From assembly GCA_963841435.1 (NCBI GenBank), contig CAWJCS010000004.1:192001-256000 (forward strand): a stretch of 64,000 nt of DNA. Direction: 5' to 3'. The translations under genes were made by a program, and so were the position numbers. Under the pieces are notes generated by a model. The model was not told where the DNA came from. It did not search any database and worked only from the letters and a program-made list of their open reading frames with translations. This document shows positions 29,105 to 37,614 of this stretch, piece by piece. The number at the start of each line of letters is the position of its first letter. Position 1 is the stretch's first letter. Source of the DNA: an uncultured delta proteobacterium. GTDB lineage: Bacteria > Myxococcota_A > Polyangia > Polyangiales > Polyangiaceae.

Positions 29105-29155
29105 CGTCCTGAGCTCTGCCGTTCCCTGCAGAAAGCGAGAGCGCCGAGTAGCGTC

Positions 29156-29196
29156 TGCTAAAAAATTAGCAGAATTGAGTTGCTAAAATTTTAGCA
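29156..29196. promoter_or_regulatory. tandem BlaI/MecI-type operator dyads
   Basis: TGCTAAAAAATTAGCA (29156-29171) and the perfect palindrome TGCTAAAATTTTAGCA (29181-29196), 20 bp upstream of blaI. Confidence 0.8.
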
Positions 29197-29215
29197 CCAG
29201 GAGAGGCTCGGGCGC

Positions 29216-29596
29216 ATGAAAAGGGCGCGCCTCACGCGACGCGAGCGCGAAATCATGGACATTCTGCACCGTCGCGGGCGCGCAACCGCTCAGGAGGTGC
29301 TCGCCGAGCTCGCCGAGCCCCCGAGCTATTCGGCGGTGCGCGCGCTGCTCCGGTTGCTCGAGGAGCGGGGGCACGCACGCCACACGAAGGACGGTCTTCG
29401 CTACGTTTACCAGCCCGCGGTCTCGGCGGGCGCCGCGCGCCGCCGCGCGCTCGCTCATCTCGTCTCGACGTTCTTCGGAGGCTCCGTGGAAGAAACCATG
29501 CTCACGCTGGTCGAATCGTCACGCACCAAGCTCGACGCCGACGAGCTCGGGAGGATTGCTGCCATCGTCGAGCGTGCGAAAAAGGAGGGTCGGTGA
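29216..29596 (+). CDS. blaI: BlaI/MecI/CopY family repressor
   Basis: LTRREREIMDIL, YSAVRALLR.LEERG, YVY.P, FFGGS. Confidence 0.9.
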   Translation: MKRARLTRREREIMDILHRRGRATAQEVLAELAEPPSYSAVRALLRLLEERGHARHTKDGLRYVYQPAVSAGAARRRALAHLVSTFFGGSVEETMLTLVESSRTKLDADELGRIAAIVERAKKEGR

Positions 29597-31407
29597 TCAT
29601 GTTGCCGCTCGCGCTCTCGATCTTCTTGCGTGTTTCGCTCGTGCTCGGTGTCGCCCTCGCGGTCGCGCTCGTCGCCCGGCGCGCATCGGCCGCCTTTCGC
29701 CGGCTCGTGCTCGCGCTCGGCTTCGGCGCTGCGCTCGCCGTGCCGCTCGTCGTCGTCGCATTGCCACGCCGCCCGCTCGTCGCCGTGCTGCCGACGCCGT
29801 CCCTCGTGCACGTCGTCGCCGAAGCGCTCGTCGGGGGAGGCGCGCCGCCGGCGGACGCACGAGCGAGCGTGGGCGCCCCCGCGGGGTCGCGCCGTGTGCC
29901 CTGGGAGGCCCTGGCCTTCGCGACCTGGGCGCTCGGCGCCGGGGTCGTCGTCGCGCGTCTCGTGGCGGGTGCCGCGAGGGGGCGCAGGCTCGTCGGGCGG
30001 GCTCGTCCGGGGCCGCTCGGCGAGCTCGTGAGCGGCGAGGTCGAGGTGCCGGTCGTCGTGGGCTGGCTCGTCCCGAAGATCGTACTGCCCGAAGCCGCCG
30101 CGCGCTGGAGCGACGAGCGGCTCCGCGCGGTGCTCCTGCACGAGCGCGCCCACCAACGCAGTCGCGACGGGCTCGTGCTCGCGGTCGCCGAGCTCGGCTC
30201 GGCGCTCTACTGGGTTCATCCCTTGTCGTGGCTTTCGCGCACGTTCCTGCGGCGCGAATGCGAGCTTGCCGCGGACGAGGCCGTCTTGCGATCGGGGTTG
30301 AAGCCGAGCCGCTACGCCGAGCACCTGCTCGACATCTGCCGCTCGCTCGGACCGCCCACGACGGGTATCGCCATGGCCGGGCGGCCGTCGGAGCTCCGGC
30401 GCCGCGTCGAACGGCTCGTTTCGCGCGACCGTGTCCCTTCGCCGCCGAGCAGGCGGGAGACCTGGCTTTCGGGCGCGCTGGCCCTCTTCGTGTTGGGCGT
30501 CGCCGCCTGTGCCGGCGCCGCGCCGGCGGTCGTGTCCGCGCCCCGCACCGTTCGGATCAGCGGGGCCGAGCCCGCGCTCCGCGCCATGATCGACGCCGAA
30601 GCGGAGCGCGCGCGGCGTGAGTCGGGCGCCCGCCGCGTCGTGATTCTGGTGCTCGATGCGCGGAGCGGCCGCCTGCTCGCCGAGCACGACGACGATCCGC
30701 AGAAGCTCGTTCTGCCGGGCTCCACGCTCAAGCCCATCACGGTGGCGCTCGCGCTCGACGCAGGCCGGTTGTCGCCCGACGACCGTTTCGACTGCGGCCA
30801 CGGGCAGCGGACCTATGGCGACCAGGTGCTGCGCGACGCGGGGAGCTATGGCGTACTGAGCGTGCGAGAAATTCTCGCCGTTTCTTCGAACGTGGGCCTT
30901 TCGCGTGTGTTCGATCGACTGGGCGGCGAGCGACTGGTGCGCGGCCTCGGGAGCTTTCGCCTGAGCGCCCCACGCGACGTCGAGGACGGGTCGCTCGCGG
31001 GGGCGATCGTCGCCATGGGGCAACGCGTGCCCGTGAGGCCCGCCGACCTTGCGGCCGCGTACACCGTGTTTGCCAACGAGGGCAGGTACGTCGCTGCGCC
31101 CGGCGGCGAAAAGCGCGTGATCCGCCCAGAGACGGCAAGAACGGTGCTCTCGATGCTCGAGGGAGTCGTGACGGCCGAGCGCGGCACGGGACGCGCTGCG
31201 GCGCTTTTCGGGGTGCGCGTCGCCGGAAAGACCGGCACGAGCGATTCGGACGAGGTCTTCGCGAGCTTCGTCGGCATCGTGCCAGTCGACGCGCCACGCT
31301 TCGTGATCCTCACCGGCCTTTCGGGACCGAAGCTCACCGGTGGCGGGGGAACGCTCGCGGCGCCACTGTTCCGCCGCGTGGCGCTGCGGGCCCTCGGCGC
31401 GCGCTGA
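29593..31407 (+). CDS. BlaR1-type M56 peptidase fused to a penicillin-binding transpeptidase domain
   Basis: HERAH zinc motif and YWVHP..W...E.AAD; C-terminal PGSTLKP (SxxK), SSN (SxN), KTGT. Confidence 0.85.
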   Translation: MIMLPLALSIFLRVSLVLGVALAVALVARRASAAFRRLVLALGFGAALAVPLVVVALPRRPLVAVLPTPSLVHVVAEALVGGGAPPADARASVGAPAGSRRVPWEALAFATWALGAGVVVARLVAGAARGRRLVGRARPGPLGELVSGEVEVPVVVGWLVPKIVLPEAAARWSDERLRAVLLHERAHQRSRDGLVLAVAELGSALYWVHPLSWLSRTFLRRECELAADEAVLRSGLKPSRYAEHLLDICRSLGPPTTGIAMAGRPSELRRRVERLVSRDRVPSPPSRRETWLSGALALFVLGVAACAGAAPAVVSAPRTVRISGAEPALRAMIDAEAERARRESGARRVVILVLDARSGRLLAEHDDDPQKLVLPGSTLKPITVALALDAGRLSPDDRFDCGHGQRTYGDQVLRDAGSYGVLSVREILAVSSNVGLSRVFDRLGGERLVRGLGSFRLSAPRDVEDGSLAGAIVAMGQRVPVRPADLAAAYTVFANEGRYVAAPGGEKRVIRPETARTVLSMLEGVVTAERGTGRAAALFGVRVAGKTGTSDSDEVFASFVGIVPVDAPRFVILTGLSGPKLTGGGGTLAAPLFRRVALRALGAR

Positions 31408-31529
31408 CGCTCGGGCCCGGTCCGCGCAAGAGCTTGCCCCGGTCGCACGGGCCGAGGATGCCCCCCGCCGTGGCAGGATCGCCACGCTTCCCAGTCCGTC
31501 TCGTCCGCGCGCGCGCGCCCGCATCGCGC

Positions 31530-31545
31530 TGGCACGTGTTCTGCT
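31530..31545 (+). promoter_or_regulatory. sigma54 -24/-12 promoter
   Basis: TGGCACGTGTTCTGCT, GG-N10-GC. Confidence 0.6.
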
Positions 31546-31557
31546 TCCATCGGCTCC

Positions 31558-31947
31558 GTGCAACACGAGCCCGCACTCGACCCGCGCGTCGGGTCCGCTC
31601 GCCGAAACGGCAACGGCGCGCGTGCATCCGTCGTGGGCGGCACCATCGACCTCGTGCGCCAGGAAGCGCGGCTCGCCGTCCTCCATGCACGCGTGCTTGG
31701 CGTCCGTGCCTCGGCGCTCGTCGCGTGGGCAGCAATCACGGCGGCGCTCGTGCAGGCGGCCGTCGTGTTGGCGGCACTCACGTTCGTCCTCTCGGGCGTG
31801 TCGTGGCATCGACTCGGTCCTATGCTGGCGACGGTCTGCGTCGCAGCCGCCGGCGCAAGCCTCATGACCTTTCGGGCGTGGCAAGCGCTGGCGACGACAA
31901 CCGACGCTGCTCGCGCGGACACGGGGAGCGAGTCGGAGGGCGAATGA
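31558..31947 (+). CDS. two-TM membrane protein (phage-holin-like/YqjE-type)
   Basis: DLVRQEARLA followed by two hydrophobic helices. Confidence 0.55.
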   Translation: MQHEPALDPRVGSARRNGNGARASVVGGTIDLVRQEARLAVLHARVLGVRASALVAWAAITAALVQAAVVLAALTFVLSGVSWHRLGPMLATVCVAAAGASLMTFRAWQALATTTDAARADTGSESEGE

Positions 31948-32282
31948 CGCCCCCGCCGCTGCCGCTCGATGCGACCCTTTCCCGCGCGGAGAAGGACGTG
32001 GCGGTCGCGCGCGCGCAGCTTTCCGTGGGCCTGCAGGATGCCTCCCGGGCGAGCGAACGCTGGGCCACGACGGCTTTGTGGGTCGTGGCGGGGGCGTCGT
32101 TTCTCGGTGCGGCCGTCGTCGTCGCACTGGCGCTCCGGGACGCGAAGCGCCGGCCCGCGGGGGTCGAGGACTTCACCCGCCGCGCGGTGCCATCCCTCGG
32201 CAGGCTCGCGCTCAAGGCATTCTGGTCGATGGCAGAGCGTCGCCTCGGCGGGGCGCACGCGGCGAAGGCGCCCGAGGGGTAG
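31944..32282 (+). CDS. small membrane protein (DUF3618/YqjK-like)
   Basis: ATGA overlap; coiled helix AEKDVAVARAQL plus one TM helix. Confidence 0.55.
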   Translation: MTPPPLPLDATLSRAEKDVAVARAQLSVGLQDASRASERWATTALWVVAGASFLGAAVVVALALRDAKRRPAGVEDFTRRAVPSLGRLALKAFWSMAERRLGGAHAAKAPEG

Positions 32283-32308
32283 CGTGCCTGCTCGGCGCCG
32301 TTCTCGAG

Positions 32309-33040
32309 CTAGCTCGCCGGCCAGGTAAGCTCAATCAGTGAGCCGCCTTCCGCACGCGCCGCGACGGAAAGCGCGCCGCCGAAGCGTTTGGCCGTCGAGT
32401 AGGCGAGGGACATCACCTGCAGGCGGTCGTCCGCGCGGTCGGCACGCGCTTCCGGCGGCTCCATGCGATCGACGGGCCCCGCGGGAGGTTGCAAGCTCGG
32501 CGCTTCGATCGCGAAAGTGGTCGCGTTTTCGTCGCCTTTCGATGCGCGCAGCGTGATGACCGTTGCGGGCGCTGCGTGCCTGAGCGCGAGGGACAGCACG
32601 CTCGTGAGCACGACCGTCGCCATCGTCCCCTCGGCGAGCTGGGCTCGGGGTACGTCGCCGTCGAGCGAAACCTCGACGCGGCGCTCGGCCGCGATGGGCC
32701 CGTAGAGCGCCATGCAATCGGCGACGACCGTTGCGGCCGACGTGGGCGTCACGTCCGGCGCCCGCTCGTGCAGGTGGCCGATCAAGGCGTGCACGCGAGC
32801 GGCGAGGCGATCCACCTGCTCTTCGATGCGGCGCGCGTTCTCCGCGGCGGACGCCGGGTCCTGGCCAGAGCGGATCAAGGCAGCGCGTCCGGCGATCACG
32901 TTGAGTGGCGTGCCGATGACGTGGCCGAGCGTCGCCGCCGTGCTCGACATCGCGGCCCGGCGGTCCATCTCACGGAGCTGGTCCAGGAGCCCGAGGAGGC
33001 TGCCGAACTCGGGCGGTGGGCGAGCGGGTGGGGAGCCCAT
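32309..33040 (-). CDS. sensorless histidine-kinase-like protein with degenerate ATPase domain
   Basis: H-box LGHVIGTPLNVIAGRA; the N, G1 and G2 boxes are not conserved. Confidence 0.75.
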   Translation of the reverse strand: MGSPPARPPPEFGSLLGLLDQLREMDRRAAMSSTAATLGHVIGTPLNVIAGRAALIRSGQDPASAAENARRIEEQVDRLAARVHALIGHLHERAPDVTPTSAATVVADCMALYGPIAAERRVEVSLDGDVPRAQLAEGTMATVVLTSVLSLALRHAAPATVITLRASKGDENATTFAIEAPSLQPPAGPVDRMEPPEARADRADDRLQVMSLAYSTAKRFGGALSVAARAEGGSLIELTWPAS

Positions 33041-33264
33041 CACCTCACCTAGACCCAGCATCAACTATTTGAAAACCCTGAACACGCGAGCGTGGCGGGC
33101 TTGCGGTCGCCGAGGCAGGATGCCACGCTCTTTTTGGGCACCGTAGCAGTCCCGCCGCCGGAAGAGCCGCGAACGTACTTCCGGCACGAGACGTGCTGCG
33201 GGGGACCCGTCTCCGATTCCGTACGAGCTCCGTGCCGCAAGTCAGTTCCTACTCGCGCGTCGGC

Positions 33265-34620
33265 GTGACCTCCGCCAAGCCCCGCGTCCTCGTTGTCGAT
33301 GACGATCAGGAAATGTGCGAGCTCACGGAGGCGGGGCTCAGCCAGCGTGGCTATGCGGTTTCGTGGCGACAGTCTCCGCGCGACGCGCTTTCGCTGCTCG
33401 ACGCCCAGGAGTTTTCGGTTCTCCTCGCGGACATTCACATGGACGAGCTCGATGGACTGTCGCTCTGTCGCAGCGCGCTCGCCAAGCGCCCCGACCTCGT
33501 CGTCGTGATGATGACTGGGTTCGGCAGCGTCGACCACGCCGTCGGCGCGATGCGCGCCGGCGCCTACGATTTCGTCACCAAGCCGGTCTCGATTGAGGCG
33601 CTTTCGCTCGTCCTTCGTCGCGCTGCCAGGCACCACGCCATGGTCGACGAGCTCGGGCGCCTGCGACAGAGCGTGCGTGACCGAGAGCTGCCGAACATGC
33701 TCGGGACGAGCCAGCCGATGCAGCGCGTCGCGGAGCTCGTCGGGCGCGTCGCGGCGACCTCGACGGCCGTGCTCGTCACGGGGGAAAGCGGAACGGGCAA
33801 GGAGCTCGTGGCTCGCGCGCTGCACGAAAGGAGCGGGCGCAAAGGACCTTTTCTGGCCGTCAACTGCGCCGCGCTCCCCGCGCCGCTGCTCGAGAGCGAG
33901 CTCTTCGGTCATGCGCGCGGTGCCTTCACCGATGCCCGCGTCGCCCGCTCGGGGCTGTTCGAAGAGGCAAACGGCGGCACGCTCCTGCTCGACGAGATCG
34001 GCGACATGCCGCTCGCCATGCAAGTCAAGATCCTACGCGCTCTGCAGGAGCGTCGCGTCCGCCCCGTGGGCGCCGCCCGTGAGGTCGAGTTCGACGCTCG
34101 TATCGTCACCGCCACGAATCGCGATCTGGACGCGGACGTTGCCGCGGGGCGTTTTCGCGAGGATCTGTACTATCGCATCAATGTCGTGCGTATCGACGTC
34201 CCGCCCCTTCGCGAGCGCGGGCCCGACGTGCTCGTGCTGGCTCAGTGCCTCCTGGAGCGGGCCGCGGCCAAGGCGAAAACTCCCGTGTCCCGGCTGGGTG
34301 AGCTCGTGGCCGAGCGTCTCCTCGCTTATCCCTGGCCGGGCAACGTTCGCGAGCTCGAAAATTGTATGGAACGCATGGTCGCGCTCGCGAGCTTCGACGA
34401 GCTCCGCGTCGCCGATCTGCCCCCGAAGGTGCGCGACTATCGCGCCGACCGCAGCCGGGTACCGCCCGCCGACCCCATGGCCATGCCGACGCTCGGCGCC
34501 GTGACCGAGCGGTACCTTCGCAAGGTGTTGCGGGCGGTGCGGGGCAACAAGACGCTCGCGGCGAGGATCCTCGGGCTCGACAGGCGCACCCTGTACCGCA
34601 AGCTCCAGCGCTACGACTGA
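33265..34620 (+). CDS. sigma54-dependent response regulator (NtrC family)
   Basis: Receiver VLVVDDD/LADIHM; GESGTGKE, GAFTDA, LLDEIGD, WPGNVREL; Fis-type HTH. Confidence 0.95.
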   Translation: MTSAKPRVLVVDDDQEMCELTEAGLSQRGYAVSWRQSPRDALSLLDAQEFSVLLADIHMDELDGLSLCRSALAKRPDLVVVMMTGFGSVDHAVGAMRAGAYDFVTKPVSIEALSLVLRRAARHHAMVDELGRLRQSVRDRELPNMLGTSQPMQRVAELVGRVAATSTAVLVTGESGTGKELVARALHERSGRKGPFLAVNCAALPAPLLESELFGHARGAFTDARVARSGLFEEANGGTLLLDEIGDMPLAMQVKILRALQERRVRPVGAAREVEFDARIVTATNRDLDADVAAGRFREDLYYRINVVRIDVPPLRERGPDVLVLAQCLLERAAAKAKTPVSRLGELVAERLLAYPWPGNVRELENCMERMVALASFDELRVADLPPKVRDYRADRSRVPPADPMAMPTLGAVTERYLRKVLRAVRGNKTLAARILGLDRRTLYRKLQRYD

Positions 34621-34661
34621 GGGCGACCTGAACGGGCGACGCTAGGCTGATCTGCCCCGCA

Positions 34662-34723
34662 GTGACAAGTTGCCACGCCCTTTCGGAGCCAACTGCCGTG
34701 ATCGTGTTGGCGCGCGACATGCA
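34662..34723 (+). promoter_or_regulatory. enhancer-like dyad and sigma54 promoter
   Basis: GTGACAA-G-TTGCCAC dyad at 34662-34676; TGGCGCGCGACATGCA (GG-N10-GC) at 34708-34723. Confidence 0.5.
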
Positions 34724-34735
34724 ACGCGGTCCAAC

Positions 34736-35113
34736 ATGAAGCGCGCACTCGAGAACCCACGGCTCGCGCTGACGGGGACGCTTTGCAGCGCCATCGTATG
34801 CGGCGCGGGCGTCATCGCCCTCCAGGGCCCGGATGGCGTGCTGGTCGCCGCGATTCTACTCACGCTCGCTCTGGTTGTGGGCGGCGTGGGTGGTGCCTAC
34901 GCGACGAATCGGCGCCTCGGCTGGGGCCTCGCCGTCCTCGCCGCGGCGACTCTGCCACTGTTTTTTGGGCTCTACGCCGTGGGGCTCGGCATTCTGAGGA
35001 CGCTGGGACCGGGGATCGCCGGAGCCCTGCTGCTCGTGCTCGGGATCGCGCTCACGGCCGTCACGCTGCGTATCTGGCTGCATTTGTTGCGGCGTCGTGC
35101 CAAACATCCTTGA
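34736..35113 (+). CDS. small four-TM membrane protein
   Basis: 125 aa, almost entirely hydrophobic, basic tail. Confidence 0.65.
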   Translation: MKRALENPRLALTGTLCSAIVCGAGVIALQGPDGVLVAAILLTLALVVGGVGGAYATNRRLGWGLAVLAAATLPLFFGLYAVGLGILRTLGPGIAGALLLVLGIALTAVTLRIWLHLLRRRAKHP

Positions 35114-35134
35114 GCTTCGGCTCGAGGAGTTTGG

Positions 35135-36088
35135 ATGGCGATACCAGGTGCGCCGCGGGCGAGCCGCGACGCAGACGAAGCAGAAGACGCGCCGCACGCG
35201 GGTTTGGGCCTCCGCCTGCGGAAAGCCGTGCGTCTCGCGCAGTGCGTTCGTCGCCACGCCGACGACGATGGCGTCAACGTCGTCGCGGCGGGGCTCGCAT
35301 TCTACGCGCTGTTCGGGCTGTTCCCGGCACTCGTGGCGCTCGTGGCGCTCTACGGCCTCGTCGCGGATCCGAACGACATGGAGCGCACGGTCCAGGCGTT
35401 GTCGGCCGTGTTGCCGCATCCGGCGCAGGCCGTGCTCACGCACGATCTCGCGACGCTCGTCGCGAGGGCGCCCGCGGGCCTCGGCCTGAGCTTCGGCCTC
35501 GGCTTGCTCGTCGTGCTGTGGAGCAGCTCCACGGCCGTGAGCGCGCTCGTGCGGGCGATCAATCTCGCCTACAAGGTGGCCCCGCAGCGGGGCTTTCTGC
35601 GCCGTCGCTGGTTGTCGCTGCTTTTGACGCTCGGCGCCATGCTGGCCGTGAGTGTCGCCGTGCCGCTCGTGACGGCGTTGCCGGTGCTGTTCGAGCGCCT
35701 CGGGTGGCGGCCGACCGTGCTGGTCGTGCAGCCGCCGCTCATGGCGGCGATGGCGTTCGTCGCGCTCCTCACGGTTTATCGCTACGCGCCCGAGGACGCC
35801 CACTACCACAGCGTGCGTCGCGCCCTGCCCGGCGCGTCGTTCGCTGCGGGCTCCTGGGTCGCGATGAGCGCGCTTTACTCGGTCTACGTGGCCTACGTGG
35901 GCGACTTTGCGTCGTCGTACGGCGCGCTCGAGGGCGTCATCGTGCTCTGCCTGTGGCTCTACCTGTCGTCACTCGTCGTGCTCCTGGGTGCGGAGCTGAA
36001 CGCGGAGCTCGCGCGCGCCGCGCGTGAGTCCACCACTTCCAGCGGCGCGCGCGCCGAGCGGAGCCCGGAGATCGACCCTTCTGCGTAG
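35135..36088 (+). CDS. YihY/virulence factor BrkB family membrane protein
   Basis: AAGLAFY.LF.LFP, N.AY, YRYAP, YGALEGVIVL.LWLYLS...LLGAELNA. Confidence 0.9.
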   Translation: MAIPGAPRASRDADEAEDAPHAGLGLRLRKAVRLAQCVRRHADDDGVNVVAAGLAFYALFGLFPALVALVALYGLVADPNDMERTVQALSAVLPHPAQAVLTHDLATLVARAPAGLGLSFGLGLLVVLWSSSTAVSALVRAINLAYKVAPQRGFLRRRWLSLLLTLGAMLAVSVAVPLVTALPVLFERLGWRPTVLVVQPPLMAAMAFVALLTVYRYAPEDAHYHSVRRALPGASFAAGSWVAMSALYSVYVAYVGDFASSYGALEGVIVLCLWLYLSSLVVLLGAELNAELARAARESTTSSGARAERSPEIDPSA

Positions 36089-36103
36089 CGGGCCGGGTGC
36101 CCG

Positions 36104-36436
36104 TCAGCTGCCGTTGTGGTGGGCTTCGTTTGCGGAGTGACCCATGTCCTCGAGGCGGGCGTTGACGCGGCGCTTGGCGTCGTCGAGTCCTCGCGTCACG
36201 CGGCCGCGGAGCTCGCGCCCCGAGCTCGGTGCCATCAAGAGCGCGCAGGCGGCACCCGTAGCGGCAGCCAGGCTCATCAACCCGAGCGTTGGCAAGACGC
36301 GCTCCGCCGTGCCGCGGCGCTTCTCGAGCCCGACCGTGCCGAGCACGTCGTCGACCTCGAGCCGGTGTAGCGCCTTGAGGGCCTGCTGGGCCCCGATGAG
36401 TGAGCCGAATGTCCAGATCATCTTGTTCATGTTCAT
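36104..36436 (-). CDS. YtxH-domain protein
   Basis: AATGAACALLMAPSSGRELR; RBS AGGAGG. Confidence 0.8.
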   Translation of the reverse strand: MNMNKMIWTFGSLIGAQQALKALHRLEVDDVLGTVGLEKRRGTAERVLPTLGLMSLAAATGAACALLMAPSSGRELRGRVTRGLDDAKRRVNARLEDMGHSANEAHHNGS

Positions 36437-36473
36437 AGCGACCTCCTTTCTGGGGAATCGAACCAATGGCGGC

Positions 36474-36489
36474 TGCAAGACGGGTGCCA
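36474..36489 (-). promoter_or_regulatory. sigma54 -24/-12 promoter
   Basis: Minus strand TGGCACCCGTCTTGCA, a consensus TGGCAC-N5-TTGCA. Confidence 0.75.
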
Positions 36490-36519
36490 GCTTCTGGATC
36501 GACTCTGGAGCCGCCCTCG

Positions 36520-37470
36520 TCATTCTGCCTGCGCGGGGCCGTCGCGCGGACGCTTGTCAGCGAGCAAGCTCGCCCCGGCAGCGGACGCGATCAGCGTGAC
36601 GATGATGCTCACCGAGAGCAGCGCCGGCACGCGTACCCAGTCGCCGAGGGCGAGCTTTGCCGCCGCGAAGCCCAGGACCGCCGCGAGGCCGTAGTGCAGG
36701 TAGCGAAGCCGCGTCAGGAGCCGTTCCGCTGCGATGAAAAGCGAACGCAGCCCGAGCACGGCGAAGGCATTCGAGCTGTAGACGATGAAACGATCCCGCG
36801 TGATCGACAACGCTGCCGGAACCGAATCGACCGCGAACACCACGTCGCTCACTTCGATGGCGATGAGCGCGACGAGCAGCGGCGTCGCGACGCGGCGCCC
36901 CCCTTCCCGCGCGAAAAAATGGCGACTGTGCGGCGAGCTTGCTACGGGTAGCCGCGCGGCCAGCCACGCGACGACCGGGCTTTGCTCTTCCTTGCCGAGC
37001 TCCTCGCGCATCGCATGGATGGCCGCGAGCACGAGCAAGCCCGCGAAGACGAGGCGCACCCACTCCCAGTGTTCGAGCGCCGAGACGCCGACGAGGATGA
37101 ACAGGCCGCGTAGCACGAGTGCGGCAAGGATCCCCCAGACCAGAGCCGTGTGCTGGTTCTCTCTCGGGATGTGCAGGCTCCTGAAGATGAGGAGGAAGAT
37201 GAACATGTTGTCGAGGCTCAGACATTTTTCCATCGCGTACGCGGCGAGGTATTCCTCCCAGTCCGACGTGCCGGAGGCGGCGACCACGCCCGCAAAGCCC
37301 GTTCCGAGCAGCACCCACAGCGCGGCCCAGAGCGCCGCCGCCTTCGGCGACGTGGCGCGACCGCGCCGGTGAACGAAGAGGTCGAGTGCGAGCAGGCCGC
37401 CGAGCAGCGTCGCGAAACAGAGCCAACGGAGGGGCCCCTGGTGCATGCAGAGGGACCAAGCCGCTTCCAT
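36520..37470 (-). CDS. terC: TerC/Alx family metal homeostasis membrane protein
   Basis: EKCLSLDNMF, WGILAALVLRG, IE.SDVVFAVDSVPA, SNAFAVLGLRSL. Confidence 0.92.
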   Translation of the reverse strand: MEAAWSLCMHQGPLRWLCFATLLGGLLALDLFVHRRGRATSPKAAALWAALWVLLGTGFAGVVAASGTSDWEEYLAAYAMEKCLSLDNMFIFLLIFRSLHIPRENQHTALVWGILAALVLRGLFILVGVSALEHWEWVRLVFAGLLVLAAIHAMREELGKEEQSPVVAWLAARLPVASSPHSRHFFAREGGRRVATPLLVALIAIEVSDVVFAVDSVPAALSITRDRFIVYSSNAFAVLGLRSLFIAAERLLTRLRYLHYGLAAVLGFAAAKLALGDWVRVPALLSVSIIVTLIASAAGASLLADKRPRDGPAQAE

Positions 37471-37492
37471 GCCAACTCGCACCTGCCTGGCG

Positions 37493-37508
37493 TGGCACGG
37501 CGCGTGCA
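37493..37508 (+). promoter_or_regulatory. sigma54 -24/-12 promoter
   Basis: TGGCACGGCGCGTGCA, GG-N10-GC. Confidence 0.6.
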
Positions 37509-37614
37509 GCCGACGCCTTCAGCTAGTGAACAGGAGGTGATCGATGCGCGTGCGACGTGGCAATGTGCCTCGCCGGTGCCGCGCTGCCACGCACGCCTCG
37601 GGAACCACGGGGTC

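Noticed and set aside
31558-31947. Prophage lysis gene (holin-like protein)
   Set aside because: No phage genes nearby. This family is commonly a cellular stress-associated membrane protein.
29455-32127. Long antisense ORFs (890 aa here; also 52478-54895, 47580-49682, 23281-25035)
   Set aside because: Shadow ORFs opposite well-supported genes. Their Arg/Ala/Pro-rich composition is typical of stop-poor high-GC DNA.
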